From contig CABMDC010000004.1 in NCBI GenBank assembly GCA_902384795.1, positions 68,725 through 132,724 on the forward strand: 64,000 bases of DNA, given 5' to 3'. Made by a program: the position numbers and the translations under genes. Of the stretch, positions 43,115 to 52,889 are shown piece after piece. Origin of the DNA: Candidatus Gugararchaeum adminiculabundum (GTDB lineage Archaea > Micrarchaeota > Micrarchaeia > Burarchaeales > Gugararchaeaceae). A model generated the notes under the pieces. That model saw only the letters and a list, made by a program, of their open reading frames with translations, made no database searches and was not told the origin of the DNA. Within the stretch, counting starts at the first letter, position 1. Every line of letters begins with the position of its first letter.

Positions 43115-43690
43115 CTAGATGCGCTGCTTTTGCAGGCTCTCTATTTCACAAGTAGCGTTTTGCGCGGCGATCCAAACATCTCCGCCAATCTTGTTGGGGT
43201 TACCGGGGGACTCGTCTGCGCGAATTTTCGCCAGGACGTTCAGGCCGCGCCCGTCTCCTGCGAGGTGGAGGATGGGAATCAGCATCAGCATTTCCGGCTT
43301 GTCTGTTCGCGAGGTCATTTTTTTGAGCATCTCAACCACGTCTGGAACAACCAGGTTGCGCGCGGCTTTCAGCTCTGCAGGAGCGCCCTTGCAGTAAGCA
43401 AAAACTTTAGGAGATGACTTGTAACTCTTTTTTTCTGTTTTTAGGGAGCCGATTACATTGAAAATGTCCTGAACCGCTTTTGCTTGCTCGTCTGGGCTAG
43501 GATTTGTTGACTTAAGCGTGTTCATTGCTTCCCGTAATTTTATGATTCTTGTTGTTTCCGGCTGTGGGCGGCAGTGAATAAAGCCGTTTTCGTTTAGCAC
43601 AGGCCTGAAAAAAGCTGAAAGATGCTTCGTTAGTTGGGGAGCGAAAGGAGTTTGCCTTGCCCTGGTTACTATTGCAGTGTCGTTTGCCAT
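43115..43690 (-). CDS. Hypothetical protein, paralog of 42488-43054
   Basis: MANDTAIVTRARQTP..HLSAFFRPVLNENGFIH..ARNLVVP; shared upstream promoter TATAAAAGTATGG on the + strand. Confidence 0.75.
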   Translation of the reverse strand: MANDTAIVTRARQTPFAPQLTKHLSAFFRPVLNENGFIHCRPQPETTRIIKLREAMNTLKSTNPSPDEQAKAVQDIFNVIGSLKTEKKSYKSSPKVFAYCKGAPAELKAARNLVVPDVVEMLKKMTSRTDKPEMLMLIPILHLAGDGRGLNVLAKIRADESPGNPNKIGGDVWIAAQNATCEIESLQKQRI

Positions 43691-43783
43691 TTCGTAGTAG
43701 ATGCGGATTAATTATTATAAAAGTATGGCTGGCTGGAAGGCAACGGGTCACACTTAAATACACGCACACCCATAAACTAACTC

Positions 43784-44692
43784 ATGCAACCCATGTTTGG
43801 CGGTGCGGTTACTTTTCGTTCCTTCCAGGAGATGGAAGTGCTGGTTGGCATGTATAGCGATGCAGGCGGAGAAATAATAATGGCCAAGCCAAAGATGCAC
43901 GAGCTGGATGCTAACAGGATCGAGGATACGGTGGGCAGATTCCTTGAGGTGTGCGGCAAATTCAATATGCCTGTTTTTTTCCACCCACAGGAAGCGCGGA
44001 GCGAGAAAGGATACCGGGAATGGCTTGTTGCCAATGACAAGAAAGATATGGAACTGATAGTCGAGTCCTATGCGCGGCTCATGCAGGCGCTCAAGGGAAA
44101 GAAAGGCACCTATCCGCTGTTCATAACCCATGGCGGAAGGCTCCATGTGAATGGCCGGCAGATAAACGGAAAGGACATGGAAACGCTGGAAGAGGCCATC
44201 TCGGGCACTAAACAATATTTGGAGAAACTTTACATTGCGAAAATGAATATTTTCGGAAATGAGGAATTCATAATTCTATTAGAGAACATGCCAGCGCCAG
44301 GAAGGAACAAGGGCGAGGAGCCTGTGCCGTACTCTGTGGAACAAATAGCCGAGGTAATCGCTTTCTTAAATGGCAATGTTGAAGCATGCCTTGATGTGGG
44401 GCATTTGCAGATGACCGAAGAAGAAGTAATGAGATATATCCTGGCAGGCGTACCAATAAGATGCACGCATTTGCACGGGAATGACACGACCGATGACCAG
44501 CACTTTTTGCCCTATGGCGAGCTGATGAAAAGGGTTGAAGGGCTTGGAAAATTCCTGCTCGACGACAAAATGGTGCACATACTTGAGATAAGAAGGTCGG
44601 TTCTCCGTAACACCCATCCGCTCGAGCTGAAAAGGGTGATCACTTCACTTAAAAATGGAAGATTGCCGAGCCTGCAAAAAGCGATTATCTAG
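43784..44692 (+). CDS. Sugar-phosphate isomerase/AP endonuclease 2-type TIM-barrel metalloenzyme
   Basis: THGG, LLENMP, CLDVGH, THLHGND..DQH, ILE metal-binding motifs. Confidence 0.8.
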   Translation: MQPMFGGAVTFRSFQEMEVLVGMYSDAGGEIIMAKPKMHELDANRIEDTVGRFLEVCGKFNMPVFFHPQEARSEKGYREWLVANDKKDMELIVESYARLMQALKGKKGTYPLFITHGGRLHVNGRQINGKDMETLEEAISGTKQYLEKLYIAKMNIFGNEEFIILLENMPAPGRNKGEEPVPYSVEQIAEVIAFLNGNVEACLDVGHLQMTEEEVMRYILAGVPIRCTHLHGNDTTDDQHFLPYGELMKRVEGLGKFLLDDKMVHILEIRRSVLRNTHPLELKRVITSLKNGRLPSLQKAII

Positions 44693-44704
44693 CCCGAACC
44701 ACCG

Positions 44705-44863
44705 GTTCTGCAGAAAACTTCGCAGGCAGCAGCGTGCCGGGCGCTGCCGCCACCAACTGCGGCGACCGCTTGAGCGGTCGGTCGCGCTGGAGCGCGACTG
44801 CCTCCAGGCACCGCAGGCGCAGCGCCCATTTGGCGACGCTGCTGCCAATGATTTCTGCAGAAC
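44705..44863. repeat. 159-bp GC-rich foldback element with a perfect four-way junction
   Basis: Terminal IR GTTCTGCAGAAA/TTTCTGCAGAAC; inner GGCAGCAGCGT/ACGCTGCTGCC, GGGCGCTGC/GCAGCGCCC, CTGCGG/CCGCAG enclosing three abutting hairpins. Confidence 0.85.
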
Positions 44864-44931
44864 TGCCCCACCTTAACTATTTAATTACCGCGCCCCTAAT
44901 TCTTTTTCAAAATCGTGTGCGGGTGATACGA

Positions 44932-46239
44932 ATGGACAGGGTAAAAGTTACACTTAAGGAAGACGAGATGCCAACCAAGTGGTATAACATATTGCCTGAT
45001 TTGCCTGGCAGTTTTGCGCCTCCTCTTCATCCTGGAACCAAGCAGCCCATAGGCCCGGACGATTTGAAAGCTATTTTTCCCATGTCGCTCATTGGGCAGG
45101 AAGTCAGCGACCAGCACTATATTGATATCCCGGAGGAAGTGCGGGAAGCCTATCTGAGGATTGGAAGGCCGACTCCGCTTTACCGCGCCACTCGATTGGA
45201 GAAAGCGCTCGGAACTCCTGCGAAAATCTATTACAAGCGCGAGGATGTTTCATTCGTCGGCTCGCACAAAACCAATACCGCGATTCCCCAGGCGTACTAT
45301 AATATGAAGGAGGGAGTTGAGCGCCTTTCCACTGAAACCGGAGCAGGCCAGTGGGGCTGCGCGCTTTCGCTCGCAACCAAGATGTTCGGCTTGAAATGCC
45401 TGGTTTACATGGTGAAAGTTTCCTTTGAGCAGAAGCCCTACAGGAAATATGTGATGAACATGTATGGGGCGAATGTGATTCCGTCTCCAAGCATGACAAC
45501 CGAGTCAGGCAAGAAAATTTTAGCGGATGACCCGAAATCCACCGGCTCATTGGGAATTGCGATTTCCGAAGCAGTGGAAGTTGCTGCCAAAGACCCGAAA
45601 ACCAATTACGCGCTTGGAAGCGTGCTCAACCATGTGATGCTGCACCAGACCGTGATCGGGCAGGAAGTGCAGAAGCAGTTGCAGATGTTCGGGGCCCAGC
45701 CCGACATCATGATCGGCTGCGCAGGAGGAGGCTCGAATTTCGCTGGCTTCACTTTCCCGCTTGTGGGCGAGAAAATCAAGAAGAAGAACAACATTGATTT
45801 CATTGCGGTTGAGCCGAAAAGCGTTCCCTCAATGACCGGAATCAATTCAGGAATGTCCAAATTCGACTATGATTTTGGAGACACTGCCGAGTTGACGCCA
45901 CTTTTGAAAATGTACACGCTTGGGCACAAATTCAAGCCAGACCCGATTCACGCAGGCGGATTGAGGTACCACGGAATGGCGCCCACTGTCTCGCATCTGC
46001 TTGACCAGAAAGTCATCCGCGCAGAGGCCTATGAGCAGAATGAGACTTTTGATGCCGCCAAATTATTCTCGCAAACAGAGGGGATAATTCCGGCGCCCGA
46101 GTCCAGCCATGCGATTGCGTGCGCAGTGAAATATGCGCGCCTTTGCAAGCAGAAGAACGAGGCGAAGACCATAGTGTTCAACCTGAGCGGCCATGGGCTG
46201 CTTGATTTGGGCGGCTATGCCTCGGTGTTCAAATTATAA
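44932..46239 (+). CDS. trpB2: Stand-alone TrpB2 (TrpB-like PLP enzyme)
   Basis: PTKWYNI, GRPTPL, GSHKTN (PLP Lys), [39 protein letters not shown]; no trpA in the window. Confidence 0.93.
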   Translation: MDRVKVTLKEDEMPTKWYNILPDLPGSFAPPLHPGTKQPIGPDDLKAIFPMSLIGQEVSDQHYIDIPEEVREAYLRIGRPTPLYRATRLEKALGTPAKIYYKREDVSFVGSHKTNTAIPQAYYNMKEGVERLSTETGAGQWGCALSLATKMFGLKCLVYMVKVSFEQKPYRKYVMNMYGANVIPSPSMTTESGKKILADDPKSTGSLGIAISEAVEVAAKDPKTNYALGSVLNHVMLHQTVIGQEVQKQLQMFGAQPDIMIGCAGGGSNFAGFTFPLVGEKIKKKNNIDFIAVEPKSVPSMTGINSGMSKFDYDFGDTAELTPLLKMYTLGHKFKPDPIHAGGLRYHGMAPTVSHLLDQKVIRAEAYEQNETFDAAKLFSQTEGIIPAPESSHAIACAVKYARLCKQKNEAKTIVFNLSGHGLLDLGGYASVFKL

Positions 46240-46241
46240 CG

Positions 46242-46814
46242 GTGATTTGCATGAGACTTAAACCCGAAATTGTAACCCTTGGAATTCTTTCCATTCTTTT
46301 TGTTTTAATGGGGGCTGCTTTCCTTAATGTCACGCTTGGCTCGTGGTGCTGGTGGATTTTGGTTGCGGCTGCGATTGGATTTTTCCTGTATGAGCTCAAG
46401 GTGAATGAAATAGGCATCACTTCGGAGTTGGCGAAAAAGGCGCTCCTGGTCGGCCTGTTCCTGATGCTGTTTGATTTCGGGGTCGAGAATACCGGATGGA
46501 TTCTTGGCTACTGGCACACACAGAACGGGATAATTGCGGTTGGCACTGTTCCGCTTGCCGTGATGCTTGTCTGTTTTATTGGAGGAGCCGGCTGGGCGCT
46601 TTATCTCCCGAAGAAATTCGATTTGGGATTTTCGCTCTATGATTCCCTGGTTTTCGCATTCTGGGGAGCGCTGGGAGAATGGGTGCTTAGCACCCAGGGA
46701 TTGATGGTCTACACCAAGGGCTGGACTTCGGCTCTTGCGTTTGGCGCTTACTTCATAACCTGGGCCGTGCTCCACTGGGTGCGCTACAAATCCCCGCTGA
46801 AAATAAGCGAATAG
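46242..46814 (+). CDS. Hypothetical polytopic membrane protein
   Basis: ~6 TM segments with two internal E..G.W/Y repeats. Confidence 0.7.
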   Translation: MICMRLKPEIVTLGILSILFVLMGAAFLNVTLGSWCWWILVAAAIGFFLYELKVNEIGITSELAKKALLVGLFLMLFDFGVENTGWILGYWHTQNGIIAVGTVPLAVMLVCFIGGAGWALYLPKKFDLGFSLYDSLVFAFWGALGEWVLSTQGLMVYTKGWTSALAFGAYFITWAVLHWVRYKSPLKISE

Positions 46815-46839
46815 AAATTAGAATCGGATGGAGATGAAA

Positions 46840-47853
46840 TTAGATCTCTAGCTTTGGCCCTTCGGTTCCAATCCTGGTTTCAAAAGACCTGAATCCGCCG
46901 AGCGAAAGCCCTTTTACTATTGATTTGGCCGCCCTTATTTTACAGTAGACCAGAAGGGCTCCGCCTCTTCCGCCAGCGCCGGTCAATTTTGCGCCATAGG
47001 CGTTTTTGCAAATGGCAATGTTCCTTGCATCCTCAATCTCATAAGTGGAAACTCCTGCCGCCCTTAGCAACTCGTGGTTCTTGTTCAGCAGATCCCCGAG
47101 CCTGGCCCCATTGCCATTGGGCTTCAATTCGGCCAGAACTCCCTTGTAAATATGCTCGTATTCTACGAATAATGCGTTCCTGATTGCCGAGGTCAGTTTG
47201 TCCGGAGGCTTTTCGATTTTATTTGCAACTGCGAACTTCTGAATTTGGTCAGCGGTCGTGTCCCTGGCATTCTTGAAAGTGTCAACCACCAGGAAACAGG
47301 TCCCATGGGGAAGAACGAGGTTCACGCTTTTCATTACGCATTTGGTCGGGTTGAATTTCTTTTCAAAAATCTGGGGCCTTCCCTCGACCACTGTTGCCGC
47401 ATCGATTCCGCTGGGCAACCCTCCATGTGAAATTTCCTCGCCTGCCTGGGTCGCATCGAATAGGAATTTCTTGTCTGCTTTTATCCCGTACAATTTGCAC
47501 AGGGCTACGGAGAATGCCGCTGCAGCTGAAGCGCTGTTTCCCATTCCCTTGGGCGCCCCCGAGTGGTGGAATTTCGCCTTGAAGCCGGTGAACTTCTTGT
47601 TCTTTGATTTTGAAAAAACGTATTTGTGGACCGCGTGCAGGCATTCGATTACCTTTTGCCCTGAGAATTCCCCGTCCTTGGAAATGGACCCGTTTCCGAA
47701 ATTTGTTTCCAGCACTATTTCGTCGGAATTGGTTTCCTCCAGCTCCACGGTGTTCCTGGAATCAGTCGGAATGGAGATAGCTGGCGCACCGTAGACCACA
47801 TAGTGTTCTCCGCACAGTATCAACTTGTTTGGAGCGCTCGCACGTATCATCAA
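46840..47853 (-). CDS. mvk: Mevalonate kinase (GHMP)
   Basis: APNKLILCGEHYVVYG, PKGMGNSAS, HGGLPSGID, KLTGAGGRGG. Confidence 0.9.
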   Translation of the reverse strand: MMIRASAPNKLILCGEHYVVYGAPAISIPTDSRNTVELEETNSDEIVLETNFGNGSISKDGEFSGQKVIECLHAVHKYVFSKSKNKKFTGFKAKFHHSGAPKGMGNSASAAAAFSVALCKLYGIKADKKFLFDATQAGEEISHGGLPSGIDAATVVEGRPQIFEKKFNPTKCVMKSVNLVLPHGTCFLVVDTFKNARDTTADQIQKFAVANKIEKPPDKLTSAIRNALFVEYEHIYKGVLAELKPNGNGARLGDLLNKNHELLRAAGVSTYEIEDARNIAICKNAYGAKLTGAGGRGGALLVYCKIRAAKSIVKGLSLGGFRSFETRIGTEGPKLEI

Positions 47854-47906
47854 TAGGAGTTTATCGGGTAAGAATTATTAAATGAATTGGCGCCAATAAG
47901 CAATCT

Positions 47907-48995
47907 ATGGCAATGGATTTTGCGACGGTTGAGGCTACGCCCAATATTGCATTGGTGAAATACTGGGGGAAAAGGAACGAAGAGCTTGTGCTCCCTGTTT
48001 CCGGAAGCATCAGCGCTACCATGAGTTTTGAATTGAAAACTCGCACGTCAATTGCTTTTTCGGACAAAATTTCCTCGGATGAAGTTTATGTGAACGGAGA
48101 GAAAATTACAGGCGAGCATTTGCTCGGGGCGGGCAAGTGCCTTGATTTTATTAGGAAAGCGGCAAACGTTCGCAACGGAAAAAAAGCGAGAATTGCTTCC
48201 ATCAACTGTTTCCCAACAGCGGCTGGTTTGGCTTCTTCGGCGAGCGGCTATGCCGCACTCGCGTGCGCTGCCAATGCCGCGCTTAATGCCGGCTTGAAAG
48301 GCGAGCAGCTTTCGATTGCTGCTAGACTTGGTTCGGGTTCTGCTTCTCGCTCGGTTTACGGCGGATTCGCTGAATGGCTGGCTGGCAAGAAAAATGACGG
48401 CAGTGATTCCTATGCCGTGCAAATAAAAGATGAAAAGCACTGGCCTGAATTTCGCAATGTGATTGGCATTATTGGAAAGGAGAAAAAGAAAGTTTCATCC
48501 CGCGCAGGCATGAAAGAAACTGTGAAAACGAGCGCGTACTATAAAGAGTGGATGGCGCGCCATGATTCCGTTTTGGACACTGCGCGCAAGGCAATTCTTT
48601 CCAAGGATTTGAGCAAGCTGCTTGCAACAATTATGAAGGAATCCGATGACATGCACCACTCCATGGCTGACACGACCCCGCCCATAATTTACATGAATGA
48701 GCTGAGCCACTCGGTTGTTAAAAAAATCAGGGAGTTCAATGATTCGCTTGGCTCAATTGAAGCGGGTTATACTTTTGATGCCGGCCCAAACCCTCACGTT
48801 TACACCGTTCAGAAGCATGCAAAAGCAATTGAGAAAATCCTGCTTGAAGTGGATGGAATGCAGGATGTGATCACCTGTTCGGTTGGAAGCGGACCGCGCG
48901 TTTTGAAGGATAAGAAAGAAAGTTTGCTTGACGAGAACGGGAATGCGAAGAAATGCTCGTACGATGAGATTAAAAGAAAAATCATAATTGAGTGA
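47907..48995 (+). CDS. mvaD: Diphosphomevalonate decarboxylase
   Basis: PNIALVKYWGK, FPTAAGLASSASG, ARLGSGSASRS, KKVSSRAGM, YTFDAGPN. Confidence 0.93.
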   Translation: MAMDFATVEATPNIALVKYWGKRNEELVLPVSGSISATMSFELKTRTSIAFSDKISSDEVYVNGEKITGEHLLGAGKCLDFIRKAANVRNGKKARIASINCFPTAAGLASSASGYAALACAANAALNAGLKGEQLSIAARLGSGSASRSVYGGFAEWLAGKKNDGSDSYAVQIKDEKHWPEFRNVIGIIGKEKKKVSSRAGMKETVKTSAYYKEWMARHDSVLDTARKAILSKDLSKLLATIMKESDDMHHSMADTTPPIIYMNELSHSVVKKIREFNDSLGSIEAGYTFDAGPNPHVYTVQKHAKAIEKILLEVDGMQDVITCSVGSGPRVLKDKKESLLDENGNAKKCSYDEIKRKIIIE

Positions 48996-50179
48996 AACTG
49001 ATGGACAAATTTTCAGCTCCTGGAAAAATCCTTTTGCTTGGCGGCTACTCAGTCCTGGAAAAGGGAAACGTGGGTTATGTGATTGCACTGGACCGGAGAG
49101 TGAGGGCCAGCGCAGAAGCAATTGACGGGGGAATTGTCGAGATTGAAATGCCCCAGTTCAATATTTCCGCTTCAGGCGAATTTGACACAGTTGGCTGGAA
49201 AATAAAATTGGATTCCGCTGACGAGTGGCAGGCCCAGCAGACCAAATTCGCGCGCGCATGCATTGAAAACACTCTCCGCTATTATGCAAGCAAGGGGAAG
49301 AAAGTGCGCGGAATACGGGTCACTGCCCAGAATGACGAGGGTTTCACATTCAAGGCCGGAACCCTGAAAAGCGGATTCGGCTCAAGCGCTGCTGCCACTG
49401 TTTCCATGACTTTTGCAATTGCAGATGCGCTTGGGGTTGACGCGCTAAGGGAGCTGAGAATTAATCACAGGCTTGCCCAGTATTCGCATTCTTCCGCGCA
49501 GGGGAAAGTGGGCTCTGGCTTTGATGTCGCTTGCTCAACTTTTGGAACAATAAAATGGCAGAGGTATTCGCCTGAATTCGCTTCAGGTGAAATCCCGCAG
49601 ACCATTGACAAAACCTGGGACTGCAATGCTGAGAAAGTGGCGCTTCCTCCGGGCTGGATTCTGGAAGTTGGGTTTACCGGAAAAAGTGCGAGCACTAGTT
49701 CCATGGTGAAACAGTTGTATGAATTCAAGGCCAAGGAGCCTGACGCCTATTCCGCTTACATGAAAAAAATCAATGGCGAGAATTTGAAGGCGATAAGCGC
49801 GCTGGATGAGATTGGAAAGTTTGCCAAGAATGACCCGAAAGAGTATGAAAAAGCGTTGGCTGAACCGGCTTCCAACCCGCTTCTTCTCAAATTCCATTCT
49901 TCGTTTGTCTCTGGCCGCGAGCTCCTGAAAGAATTAGGCGAGAAATCAGGCGTTGCAATTGAACCCCAGGAACTTTCAGGGTTGATTGAAATTGCCGAAG
50001 GGCGCGGAGCTTTCTGCGCCAAATTGCCAGGAGCAGGCGGAGGGGACTCAGTGGTTGCAATCTGCTTTAGCAAAGAAGGGCAGGCAAGCGTAAGAAGCGC
50101 CTGGAAGAAATTGGGAATCACTCCGATTGATGTTTCTGCTTCAAGCGAGGGAGTGAAAAAGGATTTGCACCTAATCTAA
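48992..50179 (+). CDS. Phosphomevalonate kinase, ERG8-like
   Basis: SAPGKILLLGGYSVL, KSGFGSSAA, HSSAQGKVGSGFDVA, PGAGGGD; overlaps the mvaD stop. Confidence 0.88.
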   Translation: MKLMDKFSAPGKILLLGGYSVLEKGNVGYVIALDRRVRASAEAIDGGIVEIEMPQFNISASGEFDTVGWKIKLDSADEWQAQQTKFARACIENTLRYYASKGKKVRGIRVTAQNDEGFTFKAGTLKSGFGSSAAATVSMTFAIADALGVDALRELRINHRLAQYSHSSAQGKVGSGFDVACSTFGTIKWQRYSPEFASGEIPQTIDKTWDCNAEKVALPPGWILEVGFTGKSASTSSMVKQLYEFKAKEPDAYSAYMKKINGENLKAISALDEIGKFAKNDPKEYEKALAEPASNPLLLKFHSSFVSGRELLKELGEKSGVAIEPQELSGLIEIAEGRGAFCAKLPGAGGGDSVVAICFSKEGQASVRSAWKKLGITPIDVSASSEGVKKDLHLI

Positions 50180-50210
50180 TAGCTTTTTATTCCCTGAATT
50201 CCCAATATCA

Positions 50211-51519
50211 TTGATGAAACCTTCCCTGCGGTCAGAGGCGCTCAAAAACCTGAAGATTTCCGATTTGGCGCCAGAGCATCTGGAAACCATCCAGAATGTG
50301 CTTGAACAGGTTGGCGCTGAAGTGAATCTTTCATCCAAAAAAGACCTTTCCTTTATATCCGCGATTTGGAAAGCTGAAAAGCGCAGGGGAAGGAAGGCGG
50401 ACCAGAGAAATTTGAAACTTGTGGAAACCATGGCAACTTTTGCAGCGAACATCCAAGCGAATACGATTAGAGCCGCTAGGCAAGTCCCTGCGAAAGTAGA
50501 TCCGAGAATGGCAGAGGTTGCCGTGCAGGTGCGCAAAGCGTTTGAGCTGCAACAGGGAAAGGGAATGACAGGCACCATTGCAAAGGGGGAAAAGGGGCTT
50601 GATGAAAAATTCGGCATTGTGCGGCTTTGTGAAGAGAATGTTTCTGAGAAGCCAAGGGCGCTGGGGAAGCTGGAATTTGATTATTTGTTTGACCAGCTCT
50701 GGAAACTGCTCACGGCCAATTTCCCGGATTCTGAAATCGAAACCAAGGCGCAGTACAGGGCATATTTTTATGACCCGTACAGGGAAACGTTCCATGCGGA
50801 CGTTGCAGTGACTGAAAACGGGGAAGTGATAGGCGCGTGCCTGTGGAGCCATCCTAAGGGCAAGAACCTGATAATGCCGAACATCATAGTGACAAAGGGC
50901 AAAAGCAGGATGAACAAAGTGTCGGCAGCGCTTCTCGGGAACATGATGGTGCAGGCGAATGACACAGCAAAAATCGAAAGAGGGGAGAAGCAGATTGACT
51001 ACATTATTGCTGAAATTGAAAAACCGGACGGGGCTGAAAAGGACATTGAGATGCGGGAGCTCCGCTTTATGCGCGCCGAATTCCATGATACTTTTACGCA
51101 CGTAAAGACCGTGAAATGCGAAAACGGGCAGCCGCTTGAATACTGGATACCGGACATGAAAGCCAAGACGAAAAAGAGGAAAGACCCGAATGCGAAGCTT
51201 GACGAGGAGAAGCCTGCTGTTCACATTCATCAAAGTCGGAGAAACCGGAGGAGTCCCTGCGCGCGAAACAGGCGGGCTTGTTTACTGGTTTTACAAGGAC
51301 TATTTGGGGGAGGAATGCGCGGACGTAAGGGAGGAGGACATTAACAGGCTGCTTGCGAGGACTTTGAACCAGCTTGGCCCTTCGAAGAAAATCACCGCCG
51401 GAATGATTGAGAAGAAGGGGAAGGAAGTGCTTAAGCTTATTTCTGAAGAAAGATTGGAGCCAATGACAATAATGGAAACAGCCATTAATTTGGACCAGAG
51501 GCTTAGGCCAAGGGGATAG
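50211..51519 (+). pseudogene. GNAT-like hypothetical protein split by a frameshift near 51213
   Basis: Frame 1 reads ...DEEKP then becomes nonsense-like. The +1 frame continues LLFTFIKV..GLVYWFYKDYL to stop 51519. GNAT-like ENGEVIGACL and RMNKVSAALL. Confidence 0.6.
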
Positions 51520-51534
51520 GCGAACGGGTTCTGT

Positions 51535-52158
51535 TCAACGCTTGAGATCTTCGAGCCGGACTAATTTACCTGGAGTATTGTTCTCGATATCTCGATCTAA
51601 TTCTTCTACCAATTTCTTTTCCCTTTTTGTCAGCACATAGCCGAATCTCCTTAAATCCGCATTTATCTGCGCCTTTGAAGCGAATTTTCCATAGGGGGTT
51701 TGCCTGATCCTTTCCTTTTCAATTCTGCTCCGCTCGTGAAAAACTATTTCATTTCCGTAGTATGAAAGCAGCTTTGCGATCTTCTTTGCCCGGTATGTTC
51801 CCTTTTCATTGTTTCGCTTTATTCTGTCTGAAATGACCAACCTTGCACTCATCTTCTTGTTCACCACGTGGATTTGATTTGACTGGGCCCAGGAAATTCC
51901 CAAGGCTTCCTGCGCAGTGGAGCAGCTGTAGTAAAAGTCATTGCTCTTTAGGAACAGGGCTATTGCTCCGGACAATACCCTGAGGGGGCTTTCGATGAAC
52001 TGTCCCCTTCTTTCCTCGGGCAATGGAACGTAGTAGATTCCCTTGAAAGGGGTCGGAAAGAGCTTTAGCCCGGAGTACATGTCTGTAATCTGCTTTTTGG
52101 TGTAACCCTCTTGCAGCAGCTGCTCAAAACTAATTACCTGCTTTGGAAGCATTTTCAA
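51535..52158 (-). CDS. Putative AbiEi-like antitoxin/partner
   Basis: Overlaps the AbiEii-like gene; FKGIYYVP, YYSCSTAQEALGI..Q....HVVN pattern typical of AbiEi. Confidence 0.65.
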   Translation of the reverse strand: MKMLPKQVISFEQLLQEGYTKKQITDMYSGLKLFPTPFKGIYYVPLPEERRGQFIESPLRVLSGAIALFLKSNDFYYSCSTAQEALGISWAQSNQIHVVNKKMSARLVISDRIKRNNEKGTYRAKKIAKLLSYYGNEIVFHERSRIEKERIRQTPYGKFASKAQINADLRRFGYVLTKREKKLVEELDRDIENNTPGKLVRLEDLKR

Positions 52159-52732
52159 TCACCTTGCTGAAAAAATCCCGGTCCTCCTCGTTCAGCGTAA
52201 TGTTTCGTATCTCGCCGAAATTTTTAGGAAAACCGAATTTTGCAATCAGTTCCCTGATTTTTTCAAATCCTTGTTTCTTGCTCTTTAGGATGAAAATAAT
52301 ATCGTACAAATCCCTTGCTTCCATTCTTTCGGAATAGCTCTGCAATTTCATCTCAAAGATATCGTCCAAAGATGCGACTCTCAATTTTGCATTTCCAAAA
52401 GAGTGCTCGTCGAATTTCTTTATTTTGTAATCCGGAATGAAAACTTCCACTTTTATGCTGGTGTCCTCAAACTGGATGACGAACTGATTTGTGTACACTC
52501 CGCTGCTTGTCCTGAATCCTTTCCTGCTCAGGCATCCCTTCAATGTTTCTTTCATTTTTGCCGCATTGCCTTCAAGCGGAACAAAATCCAGGTCAATGCT
52601 AATCCTGTGCTTCAGATGGAAAAGCGCCAATGCGGTTCCGCCAACAAGGATGAACTTCTTTTGTGTGCACTCGGCGACATCTGGAAGGATTTCCAGCACC
52701 CGCTTGTACTTGGAGTAAAACCGCTCATCCAT
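52130..52732 (-). CDS. AbiEii/AbiGii-family nucleotidyltransferase toxin
   Basis: LVGGTAL, HRISIDLDF, MKL...R..ARDLYDI motifs. Confidence 0.88.
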   Translation of the reverse strand: MDERFYSKYKRVLEILPDVAECTQKKFILVGGTALALFHLKHRISIDLDFVPLEGNAAKMKETLKGCLSRKGFRTSSGVYTNQFVIQFEDTSIKVEVFIPDYKIKKFDEHSFGNAKLRVASLDDIFEMKLQSYSERMEARDLYDIIFILKSKKQGFEKIRELIAKFGFPKNFGEIRNITLNEEDRDFFSKVIENASKAGN

Positions 52733-52771
52733 GCATGTATTCTGGCAGAACCCCTATAAATAGCTTTTGGT

Positions 52772-52796
52772 CTAGATTAAAGAATCTTTAATCTAG
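52772..52796. promoter_or_regulatory. Perfect 11-bp inverted repeat upstream of the AbiE-like operon promoter
   Basis: CTAGATTAAAG-AAT-CTTTAATCTAG, ~10 bp upstream of the minus-strand TTTATA box. Confidence 0.65.
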
Positions 52797-52889
52797 CAGG
52801 GAAACTTCCGAGAGAAGCCAATTTTGGGCTATTTGTAGTGGGGAAGAGTTGACTGGAAACTTAAAAATCAGTAGGCACTACAAATATGC

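Noticed and set aside
44734-44931. 66-aa N-terminal extension of TrpB2
   Set aside because: It is an open frame through the GC-rich foldback element. The RBS GGTGA precedes ATG 44932, where homology begins.
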